Assembly: GCA_039802265.1 (NCBI GenBank)
Contig: JBDRWI010000016.1
Location: forward strand, 1 to 39,165
From: a candidate division WOR-3 bacterium
GTDB taxonomy: Bacteria; Hydrothermota; Tepidihabitantia; SM23-42; JAOAFX01
Length of the DNA stretch: 39,165 bases
Direction of reading: 5' to 3'
Numbering within the stretch: the first letter of the stretch is position 1; each line of letters begins with the position of its first letter. This document shows, one piece after another, positions 18,071 to 28,072 of the stretch. The notes under the pieces are model-generated. The model searched no databases, was not told where the DNA came from, and saw nothing but the letters and a program-made list of their open reading frames with translations. The translations under genes and the position numbers were made by a program.

Positions 18071-19084
18071 ATGAAGAAAGTTTTATTGTTTCTCTTTATA
18101 TTCCTTTCTTATGCCCAGCATCAGACTGAATCGGAGAAAGAATTTAATGTCCACATTAGATTCAATAAACAAATGGATACTACCTCGGTTCGAGAAAACA
18201 TAGAGGTAATGAATTTGAATTTTGGAAATATTGTAGAAATAAAAAAAGTCGTCTGGACTGATGACTGTACCAACATTTTTATAGTCTTATTTGACCCGAG
18301 TGTTTTTAATGATACAAGCGGGTTGAATTACTCGTGCAAATACAAAGTTACTATAAGAGGTAGTGCAAAGGATATAAACGGATTCTTGCTCGATGGCAAT
18401 CGAAATGGAATAAGTGAAGGAACGCCGATTGATGATTACAGTTTCACATTTACCACAAGAAAAGCACATTTAAAATCATACTTTTCTTCACACACATTTC
18501 CTTCTAATATTACATCGACTCCCAACACTATACAGCCATTGATATTTTATAGCACTCTAACAAACAGAGAAAAACACCGTGATTTCAATATAGAACTTTC
18601 AGTTGAATCATCGGGTGCAGGTAGTTGCTCGCTCTTAACAAAGAGTATCTTTTTGCCTCCAGATACAATATTAAGGTTTCCTACTCTAACGGTAGAATAT
18701 TGGGGTGATTTTCAGGTCTATGTCTATGCAAAATGCTTTTCGGGTACATTATGCTTATCAGAAGATACCGTTGAACTTTCTTTCAGATTAGAAAGGGAGA
18801 TATCTGATTCTGTCGCAAAGATTACCGAACCTAATATTTTAATACCGACTATTATTTTGAATCACGGTACCAGATTTTGTTTGAATATGAAACTTGCAGA
18901 GATTGATGAGGGAAGGATAGAAATATATGACCAGATAGGCAGGTGCCTTGAGAGATTTGTTGTTAAAAAAGGGGAAGGTAATATTCTACTTTACTCTGAA
19001 AGATTTCCAAGCGGGGTTTATTTTGTTAGAATAATAACAAAAGAATCAACATCTGTAAAAAAAGTTGTTATCCTGCGCCATTAG
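18071..19084 (+). CDS. Secreted Ig-like (Big_5/SbsA-type) domain protein with T9SS-type tail
   Basis: IRFNKQMD...YKVTI...AKDING..LDGNRNG...DYSFTFTT; tail YDQIGR...FPSGVYF...KKVVILRH. Confidence 0.75.
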   Translation: MKKVLLFLFIFLSYAQHQTESEKEFNVHIRFNKQMDTTSVRENIEVMNLNFGNIVEIKKVVWTDDCTNIFIVLFDPSVFNDTSGLNYSCKYKVTIRGSAKDINGFLLDGNRNGISEGTPIDDYSFTFTTRKAHLKSYFSSHTFPSNITSTPNTIQPLIFYSTLTNREKHRDFNIELSVESSGAGSCSLLTKSIFLPPDTILRFPTLTVEYWGDFQVYVYAKCFSGTLCLSEDTVELSFRLEREISDSVAKITEPNILIPTIILNHGTRFCLNMKLAEIDEGRIEIYDQIGRCLERFVVKKGEGNILLYSERFPSGVYFVRIITKESTSVKKVVILRH

Positions 19085-19453
19085 AATAGAGGTTACCTAT
19101 GCACACGGTGGCAAGATATGGGAATAATGTGTATGTGGTATAAAAGTTTACACTTTCCAACCTGTCTGAAAAATGTAAACTTTTGAAAAATAATAACGGT
19201 GTGTTTTAAAAATGGCATTTCTATCAATTTTAAAAATTGGGTGAAAAATCGTGAAGGTTTATGTTATCAAAATGGTGCGGATGTAGGCCAGGCTTGCATC
19301 CGGAAGAGGTGCGTTTTGGGTATTGACAAAAAAAACATGAGTATAATAAGGTATAATTGGAATGGATTGGGGATGGTGGATGGGAGATATGAGCGAAAGG
19401 ATAACGAGAAGGATTCGTGAAACGTTTACCGTGAACCGTGTAGTGAAAAAATT

Positions 19454-19525
19454 GGAGACAGGGAGACCTGAAGATGGGGATAAGGGGAGATGAAGAACCG
19501 ATGAATGGAAGAAACGAAGAAAAGA
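19454..19525 (+). repeat. Degenerate purine-rich octamer tandem repeat (9 units)
   Basis: GGAGACAG GGAGACCT GAAGATGG GGATAAGG GGAGATGA AGAACCGA TGAATGGA AGAAACGA AGAAAAGA. Confidence 0.55.
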
Positions 19526-19638
19526 AAGATGCAGGAGTTGCAGGATCGCTTCGCTTGCAGTATCATCCGCCACTTTGTTTGGCGGATTCGCAGGAAATGG
19601 CGGATTCCTTTGGAGTAGGGAATTTATTCCCGTATTGT

Positions 19639-19696
19639 TTCCGCGTCAATCCGTGTCGTCATCCGTGTCTATCTGTGGTTTTTGCATTGCAAAAAC
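19639..19696 (+). repeat. Four (A/T)TCYGYG heptamers (10/12/10 spacing) followed by a palindrome; copy 2
   Basis: TTCCGCG 19639, ATCCGTG 19649, ATCCGTG 19661, ATCTGTG 19671; then GTTTTTGCA-t-TGCAAAAAC at 19678-19696. Confidence 0.7.
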
Positions 19697-19709
19697 AGGA
19701 GGTATAAAA

Positions 19710-20348
19710 ATGGGTAGGATTATCTTTTTTGCAATACTCGTCGCTGGGTTGTGTTTTGGGCAGGTGCGCGACATAGATGTTGTTAAAAATAGAATTGAAG
19801 TAAAACGTTTTATAAAAAACTCCTTTGGAATAGCAATAGGAAGAAAACAATACTTTGGTGCTGTTGACCCATTCCAACCCAAGGAAGTTTTTACTATATA
19901 TGGTGTATGGGGAAATCGAAATATCTATAAAGGATGGGGCATAAACTTTTGTTATAACTATTGGCCTGCTTATTATTTATGTCCTGAAATTTCTCATTTT
20001 AATGAACAGCTTTTTTATAGAGAACATACATTGGCTTTGGATATGGATTATAAACACAGATTTGAAGTTGAGGGTTTTTACTTAATGAGTGGGGTGGGGA
20101 TAGTTTTTAATTATCTCACCCAACAAATATCCGATGAGCTTGGTTGCAGAATCTACCACCATTGGGGATTCTCAACACTATTAAGCATTAGATTGGACTG
20201 GTGTTTCAAAGACTACGGTTTTCCGGTTTCTTTAGGGTGCTATTGGGGATATATCCCTGGGATATTTGGCATAATTGATGTTCTTGACGGAGCTAAATCT
20301 ACTCTCCACTCATTAAATGTTGGTCTAACGCTTGGTTATACATTCTAA
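19710..20348 (+). CDS. Small outer-membrane beta-barrel protein
   Basis: ATG at 19710 follows RBS AGGAGG. Signal peptide MGRIIFFAILVAGLCFG, amphipathic strands and C-terminal beta-signal LNVGLTLGYTF. Confidence 0.7.
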   Translation: MGRIIFFAILVAGLCFGQVRDIDVVKNRIEVKRFIKNSFGIAIGRKQYFGAVDPFQPKEVFTIYGVWGNRNIYKGWGINFCYNYWPAYYLCPEISHFNEQLFYREHTLALDMDYKHRFEVEGFYLMSGVGIVFNYLTQQISDELGCRIYHHWGFSTLLSIRLDWCFKDYGFPVSLGCYWGYIPGIFGIIDVLDGAKSTLHSLNVGLTLGYTF

Positions 20349-20359
20349 GGAGGTATGCA

Positions 20360-23300
20360 ATGAGATTCATTGAATTTATTAAGTTTTTGCTTTTTTCTCT
20401 CTATATTGGGATGGTCCAATTTCTACTTGGACTGCCTGTTGATTCTATATGGAACAAGTTTACATCAAAGTATGGGGAAAACTTTGTTGTTCATTGGAAT
20501 GATAGAACCATCACGCCTCATAAACTCTATGGCCAAGGCATAATACTAAAACCAACTGGCTTTACTAAAAGCAGCGAAGTAATTGAGAGTGTAAATAGTT
20601 TTATAGAAGCAAACTCTTATCTTTTCAATATTGATGTTAAGGATTTAAAAATAGACCGTGTTGACTCATTAAGGCAAGAAGAATATTATCTTATATAGGC
20701 AGTATTATCATACTCTTCCTGTGCTTGGAAACGGAGCTGTGTTTACTGTCACTAAAGGCGGAGAAATAATTAGCTTGGGGATTGATTGTCAACCTGACAT
20801 GAATGTTGCCTTAGAATCTAAGGTCTCCAAAGAATCAGCAATAAATATCGCGGAGCAAAGGCTTGAAACCACAGGAGCGGTGCAAGTGCACACAGCAACT
20901 TTGTGCATTTGCCCTTTAGAAATGGACAGCGTAATAAGTTACTACTTAGTGTGGGATATTTCAATCGCTTGCTCAAATGAAATAGTGGGTTCCAGAAATA
21001 GCAAGAGAATCCTAATTGATGCCGTCACTGGTAAAATTTTGAAAGAATTTGATTTGATTTTTCATGGTAATTGGACTATTGATGGGCATGTGATGGGGGT
21101 AATCCGACCGGAATATCGTTATGATTCGCCAGATTGTCGGCTTTTTCCTTTTGAAAAACTTATTATAACATTGGATCCGGGATATTATCATATTTTCTAT
21201 ACGAATGCCGTCGGTTACTATTATGACCAAGGATACACTTCGCAATCAACAAATCAATTAGAAATTAAACTTGCCGGGTTTTTTATTTCAGAAATGTGGA
21301 AAAAATGGTTTGATGCTATTCCACCGTGGATACATAATGCACCAATTGCTTCTCATTTCTATACATTTCCCAGTGCCGGAAGTCGCCATTATGATTATAT
21401 CTGGTCTGAGAGCCAAGGCTCACAAGAGGAAGAAGCAATCAATGCTTATTGGCACACAACGAGAATTAGTAAGATAATAATGGATGAACCTTTTTGGTAT
21501 TATGGTGCTGGTTATCCAATTAAAGTTTGGGTAAGTGAATATGACGGCGAATCACCATATTATAACCCATCTACCGAAGAATTATGGTTTACACGCTATT
21601 ATAATTATCATTGGGCATTATCAAGTGACTGCATTTCTCACGAGTATGGCCATCATATTATTTGGAATGTCTATGGGAAAGATTTTATTGGTGGGACAAA
21701 TCCTACTTCTCAGAGTCGCGCGATGGAAGAAGGTTTTGCAGATTATTTAGCTTGCACAATAAACGATGATTGCCTATCTGGTGAGGATGTGCCAATCCCG
21801 GGCAGTTTACCAAGAAATTTAGATAATCAACTTATGTATCCTTATAACATGATTAATGAAGCCCATCATGATGGTCAGATCATCGCTGGTGCTGTGTGGG
21901 ATCTTAGAACTTATTTAGGTAAATATAGGGGAGATTACTTATTTTTAAAGGCGCTGCGTATTGTTCCTCAACCTGTTGATTTCTTCGAGTATTTAGAAAA
22001 CACACTCATTGCTGATGATGACAATGCCAATTTATCGGATGGAACTCCACACGACCCGGAGATTTTACATGCCTTTAAAAACCATGGAATTACGCTAACT
22101 GATTATCTTCCGCATCCATATAATCTTCATTCCACGCTTATAGAGGCTGACAAGATTTATTTAGAATGGGATCGCATTCCTTATGGTGAAGATGGATTTA
22201 TTGTACAGCGCTGGACTCAGGAAACGGGGTGGATAGATTTACCACCCACACCCTATTTGTGGTGTCACGATGAGAATTTGCAGCCAGCAAAAACCTATCA
22301 ATATAGGGTCGTAGCTTATAAAGGCTCTTTACGCTCTGGACCATCAAATACAATTACAGTTCAAACGATTTGGGCACCCTACGACCTTTTTGCAAATCCT
22401 GTGGTTTATGAAGGCGTGCAGATCTATTGGACTGATGATTTGCCAGACGAGGAGGGGTTTAAAATTGAAAAGAAGATTGGCACTGGAAGTTATTCAGTGG
22501 TTCACACCACTGGACCAAATGAGACATCCTGGTATGATGATGATATTGAAAACTATTCTGGTCAACAGGTCAGATATCGGGTAAGGGCATTTACGGGCAA
22601 TTACATCTCTGATACTTCAAATTCGGTTGTCATCCCATCGGCCCCCGGCATCTTTACGGATAGCCTCAAAGCGATTGGCAATCATGTTCACAATGCGGGA
22701 TACTTCAACTGTCGTAGTTTAAGGCGAGCAAATGATGGAGCCTGCCATTTGGTATTGGTTCATCATGGCAGAATATGGTATACAAAATCAACCAACAATG
22801 GCACAACCTGGCAATTAGCCATTCCACTTACTGAGCAAAATCCATCTACGCCCTCCTTGGCAATTAACTCATACAATCATCCCTGTTTTGTGTGGGATGA
22901 GACTAACGCACAGGGCAATCATATGCTTACATACGCATATCAGGATATTTCCGGAAATATCCATAAGTTCGCACTATTGACAAAACCTAATAGGTTATAC
23001 CCTTCAATCGCAATAAGCCCTTCGGATTTGGTTTATATCGCTTATGTTGAAGATTCAACTTATAGTGCCGGTAAAGTGAAGCGAGTGGAATTTAATTATG
23101 ATAATCCTGTGGCTTCAAATCCTGTGGTATATAATACTGCTGGCCCCCAGGGTATTTCAATAACCACCGACCCGCTGGGAAATCCCCATCTTGTTTGGAT
23201 ACACCGTTATATGGGCCACTCAATAAAATATGCAGGTCCCGATGGAAGCATAGAGACCGTAGGCGGCGGTGATGCACCTGATATTATTGCGAGTTCCGTG

Positions 23301-25504
23301 AATAATGTGCGTGTAGTTTGGGCTTCAAGCGGTGAAATATATTACAGGGAGCGCACCAATTCTGGGTGGGGGAATAGTATAATAGTAACTCAAGACCCTG
23401 CAGTGGGGAATAATGTGTATTTTCCAAGAATAACCCATAATAATGCTGTGCTTTTTAAAGGAACTTTTACACCTGAACCAGGTAATATTTTTGGTGTGCA
23501 ACCGAGTGTGTTTTCTACGCTTGCTACTCTTCTTACTGCAAACACGCGCTATTACGATGCGGTGCCATTGCCGGGTGGGACTACCCCAACAGTATTGTTG
23601 GCTACTCAGCGGAATACCTCAGTTACTGGATTATACAAAATCGCATTTCTTATTAAACCAATACCTTTAAGACTACCGCATTATTGGGATATCATATATT
23701 CTTTACCATCTGGCCCACCTGTAGAATTCACGGCTTATAACAATTCAAGGCGGTTGATTCGGGATGCGAGTGGAGTTTTGCATCTGGCATTTACGAGCGG
23801 GAATAATATCTATCATACTTTCTTACAGGATACGAGCTGGGCAGAGCCGGAGTTCGTTGCCCAGGGGATGTATCCGTCATTATTATCGGGTGATGGCAAT
23901 CTCTATTCTATCTATGCCCACAATGAACCATACCCTGCATTCCTTGAGGAGTTGAGATTCGCAAAGAGGGATGCAACTGGCTGGACAGTCTCTGATTTTC
24001 CAGTTGCCCATACCTATAACTCATTCTTATGGGGGATTGGTGCACCTTCATTTGCAATAAAAGATACAATCGGCTATTTTACCTTTGAGTCAATCTTTGG
24101 ACCACAATTCCATCCACTCCCTGATAGTGGTTATGTGATAATGATGATTCTACGTCAGGGTCAGGCACTGGTCTATGGCAAATTCTCGCTCAATCATCCG
24201 GAAAACTTCCAGTATCAAATAATTGACTCATATTCATTCCCCATCATTCCTGTTGATACATTTAGGTATCGTGAGATAGTGAAGGATTCATTGGTTTCTC
24301 CATCAATTGCGGTTGATAATGATGGTGTGGTGCATATCTTATGGGAGGGGAGGGGTGATTCATTGAGGTATTATCGGATTGTAGATACGGTAATTACCAG
24401 AGAGTTCTATCCAGGCAATGGGATTGATTATCCATTTATTACAATGCGTGAGGACCAGATTGACTACTTCTGGTGCGATGCGGAGAGTATAAAGTATCGT
24501 TATGGCTGGACCGGGACAGAAAATTTGAGCGAGACCCAGACTGTGGCAAGTTGTGAGAGTCCGATTTCAAGTTGACAGTATTTGACCTGGACGAAGAAAG
24601 AGAATGGCTTATCCCATCTATACTATGGTGCAATTCCGGCAAGTGGCACAATAAATCCGATAGAAGTCAACTATTCTACAGATTTGATTTCTTATCCCCA
24701 GATTCTATTCAACCCAAAGCCTCCATCAATTGACCTGGTCTGGACCGAATACAGTGAGATATTGATTCAACAGGCTTGATTTACTATCTCAATCTGCCCC
24801 TCACCGAGGTTGCACCAATTTATGCCTTTGATATGGGAACTGAGACCCCGGTGCCGATTTGTGTGCAGAGGGATGGATACAAGGTGCTTGGAATAGAAGA
24901 CTATAAGACAATAGACTATGATTCTACGGAGTTGATATATCATCTCACCCTCCATTCACCACATACAAAATATAAGATTCGCTGGGTCTGGTATCATGAA
25001 GAAGGAAACAAGATACACCTACAGTTCAATATTGATGATATCTTTCACCATAATAAATGGGTAAAACCAGGAGAAAAAATAATAGAAGAATCCTGGATTC
25101 CTGATGCCTGTATTCATGATAATGAGATTACGATAAAAGTAAAACTCTTAAATGGCACGATTGCAGTCCTTTCAGGATTTGAGATTTATGCTGAAGAGGT
25201 TGGTGGTGGCGGACCACAGGGTGAAGAGGCACAGATTGCAAAACCCTTCTTCTTTGACAGAATCTATCCCAATCCGACAAAAGGGATGATAAGACTCAGA
25301 TTCAATTCACCAGATGCGAGAAGGGTTACAATCCGAGTTTATGATGTAACAGGAAGGCTAGTACATAAACAAGAGATAAGAAAATCAAGGATTGGGATGA
25401 ATGAGGTCTTGATAAGGGCTGAGGGTTTTGCAGCCGGTGTCTATTTTGTTAGGCTTGAGACAGAGGGATTTGATAAGGTTGAGAAGGCGATTCTTCTCAG
25501 ATAG
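20360..25504 (+). pseudogene. Disrupted large secreted M4/M36-like zinc metalloprotease (FTP/PepSY, FN3, beta-propellers, T9SS tail)
   Basis: Four collinear ORF fragments. FTP motif YRQYYHTLPVLG spans a frameshift at ~20695. Other motifs: IDAVTG, HEYGH, MEEGFADY, EAHHDGQIIAGAVWDLR. In-frame TGA at 24573 and AT duplication at 24759-24762. Tail YPNP...AAGVYF...KAILLR. Confidence 0.8.
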
Positions 25505-25540
25505 GGGTTAGCGGGTTTTTCTCCTGATGTCGCTTGCCGG

Positions 25541-27985
25541 TCAATGCGCCTCTGCCCAATTCTTGCCGTTTCCAATTTTAACCTCTATCGGGACATCAAG
25601 TCTAACAACATTCTCCATTGCCTCTTTGATTATAGAATTTGCCTCATCAATTCGGTCGTCTTCTATCTCATACAATAACTCATCGTGAATGGATAATAAG
25701 AGTCCGCTCTTAAACCCTGCATCGGTCAATCTCTTTTCTACTTCAATCATTGCCAGTTTGATTATGTCCGCGGCAGTGCCCTGAATCGGTGTATTTATCG
25801 CCGCCCTTTTTGCGGCCTCTTTTAATGTATGATTATCTGAGTTGATTTCCAGCAGGGGCCGCTTCCTTCCAAATAGTGTCTCGGTAAAACCATTTTTTTC
25901 GGCAAGCTCAATTGCCTGTCTTCTCCACTGGTCAACATCCGGATAGAGTGCATAATATGTCTGGATAAATTGCATTGCCTCTTCTTTTGGTATATCAAGC
26001 CCCTGGGCAAGACCATATTCACTCATACCATAAATAAGACCGTAGTTCACAACCTTTGCCATTCTTCTCTGTTGTTCTGACACCTTACTTTCTGGAATAT
26101 TAAAGACGAGGGACGCGGTATGATTGTGAATATCCCGATTTTCCTTAAATGCCTTAACCAAATTTTTATCCTTTGTAATATGTGCCAGGATTCTCAATTC
26201 AATCTGTGAATAGTCGGCAGAGACAAGAGAAAAACCTTTTTCAGCAACAAAACCCTGGCGCAACCTCTTCCCGAGTTCAGTTCTAATCGGAATATTCTGG
26301 ATATTGGGATTTGAAGATGAAAGTCGTCCGGTTGCGGTGCCCGTTTGATTGAAGGTTGTATGAATCCGACTATTCTGGGCAAGGTTAATCAAAGGTTCAA
26401 TGTATGTTGAAGATACCTTCGCCAGTTCCCGATATCTCAAAATTTCCCCGGGTAATTGGTGCTTCAAACTCAATTGCTGTAAAACTTCAACATCGGTTGA
26501 ATAATGGGTTTTCCCTTTCTTAATAGGTGTGAGTTTCAAATCTTCAAATAAAACTTGAGAAAGTTGCTGGGGTGAGTTTATATTGAATCGCCGTCCGGCA
26601 ATCTTATAAATCTTTTCGCCAAGTTCAATCATCTCTTTTTCAATTTTGCGACTCAATTCTTTTAAATAGGGAATATCAATTCTTATCCCCCTTTTTTCCA
26701 TCCGGGCAAGGACATAGATAAGCGGTTCTTCAATTTTTTTATAAAGTTCCATCTCCTTCAATTCTTCAAGTCGCTCTTTGAGTGGGGTATATAATCTAAA
26801 AGAAAGATTACTTATCAACTCTGGTGTTGGTTCAAGATAAATATTCAAATACTTCAGGGCAATATCTTCTAATTTATATGATTTTGAATTCGGGTCAATA
26901 AGCCAGGCGACAACTCCAATATCAAAAATCGGTGGGCTAATCTTGAAATTTTTTACAAGTTCCTTAAGGTCATAGCCGATTTTTATAATATTCGGGTCAT
27001 TCAGTCTTTCTCTTATTGCCTCATAAGAAAATTTATAGATTGTCTTGGCGTCATTGGCGAGGTAAAATTCATGATTAAATTGACCAATTCCAATCCTTGA
27101 TTCAAAACTAACTTTTGGAGTATCAGCCCCATCTACTACACTTATTTCCAACTTGCTCTTTTTCGCAAACTCCTTAAGGAGCGAGTGGAATTCAAGATCC
27201 GCAAGAATCGGGATAAGTCTATTAAGTTCTGGTTCTTTAATTGCTAAATCTTCTAATCTTACCTCAATTGGCACATTACAATCAAGGGTGGTGAGTTTTA
27301 GTGAGAGCATCACCAATTCTTCTTGTTTGGCAAGCCTTTTGTCATTTTTAACTGCCTCAGCGAGATTGGGATATTTTTTAAGAATCTCTATTGCCCTTTG
27401 TGGTCCAATACCTGGCACACCCGGGATATTGTCAATTGTATCACCAGCGAGTGCCAGATATTCTCGGATTCTTGAGGGTGGGATGCCAAATTTTTCTATT
27501 ACCCTGTCGGTATCATATACTACATCACGATATGCATCATAGATATAAATACTGCCACCAACCAACTGGAGCAGGTCTTTATCCGAACTGACAATATAAA
27601 TCTCTCCATAATCTTTTAATTTCAATGCCAGAGTTGCCAGAACATCATCGGCCTCATAACCTTCAATCTCATAGCAGGGAATCCCTAAGTATCGGGCAAT
27701 TTCTTTCACCTTCGCTATCTGGAATGGAATATCTTTTGGGGCGGGTGGTCGGGTTGCCTTATATTCCTTGAATATCCGGTCCCTGAATGTTTCACCCGGA
27801 GCATCAAACGAAAGACATATTCTATCTGCTGTTAATTTCTTTTTTACCTTTTCTATGGTATTCAAAAAACCAAATATTCCGGAGGTATTCTCACCCCGAG
27901 AATTCCGCAAGGGATTTTTTATAAATGCATAATAGGAGCGAAAGATTATGGAATGGGCATCAAATAACAGAAATCTTACTGCCAT
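25541..27985 (-). CDS. polA: DNA polymerase I
   Basis: 5'-3' exonuclease (FRSYYA, YEADD, GDTIDNIPGVPGIG); TATGRLSS, ADYSQIELR, AKVVNYGLIYG, IHDEL. ATG at 27985 preferred over TTG at 27991. Confidence 0.97.
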   Translation of the reverse strand: MAVRFLLFDAHSIIFRSYYAFIKNPLRNSRGENTSGIFGFLNTIEKVKKKLTADRICLSFDAPGETFRDRIFKEYKATRPPAPKDIPFQIAKVKEIARYLGIPCYEIEGYEADDVLATLALKLKDYGEIYIVSSDKDLLQLVGGSIYIYDAYRDVVYDTDRVIEKFGIPPSRIREYLALAGDTIDNIPGVPGIGPQRAIEILKKYPNLAEAVKNDKRLAKQEELVMLSLKLTTLDCNVPIEVRLEDLAIKEPELNRLIPILADLEFHSLLKEFAKKSKLEISVVDGADTPKVSFESRIGIGQFNHEFYLANDAKTIYKFSYEAIRERLNDPNIIKIGYDLKELVKNFKISPPIFDIGVVAWLIDPNSKSYKLEDIALKYLNIYLEPTPELISNLSFRLYTPLKERLEELKEMELYKKIEEPLIYVLARMEKRGIRIDIPYLKELSRKIEKEMIELGEKIYKIAGRRFNINSPQQLSQVLFEDLKLTPIKKGKTHYSTDVEVLQQLSLKHQLPGEILRYRELAKVSSTYIEPLINLAQNSRIHTTFNQTGTATGRLSSSNPNIQNIPIRTELGKRLRQGFVAEKGFSLVSADYSQIELRILAHITKDKNLVKAFKENRDIHNHTASLVFNIPESKVSEQQRRMAKVVNYGLIYGMSEYGLAQGLDIPKEEAMQFIQTYYALYPDVDQWRRQAIELAEKNGFTETLFGRKRPLLEINSDNHTLKEAAKRAAINTPIQGTAADIIKLAMIEVEKRLTDAGFKSGLLLSIHDELLYEIEDDRIDEANSIIKEAMENVVRLDVPIEVKIGNGKNWAEAH

Positions 27986-27990
27986 ATTCA

Positions 27991-28018
27991 ATTATATTCA
28001 ATCTTTCCTTAAAGGCAA
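27991..28018 (-). promoter_or_regulatory. polA promoter (leaderless type)
   Basis: TTGCCT-16 nt-TATAAT-5 nt-ATG, with no SD sequence. Confidence 0.65.
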
Positions 28019-28026
28019 GTAAATGG

Positions 28027-28054
28027 TTGACATTTTAATGGTTTTGGATAAACT
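28027..28054 (+). promoter_or_regulatory. Promoter of the TonB-dependent receptor
   Basis: TTGACA-16 nt-TAAACT; RBS GGGAGG. Confidence 0.55.
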
Positions 28055-28072
28055 TATTATAGGGAGGTAAAG

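Noticed and set aside
19199..19882. Short ORFs at 19199, 19259, 19474, 19646 and 19659, and the TTG19575 extension
   Set aside because: They translate repeat-derived or antisense sequence. The real OMP start is ATG 19710, with RBS and signal peptide.
24573..24575. TGA recoded as Gly (genetic code 25), Trp or selenocysteine
   Set aside because: polA, atpB and amrS end at TGA at their expected C-termini. No other internal TGA was seen, and the same gene also has two frameshifts.
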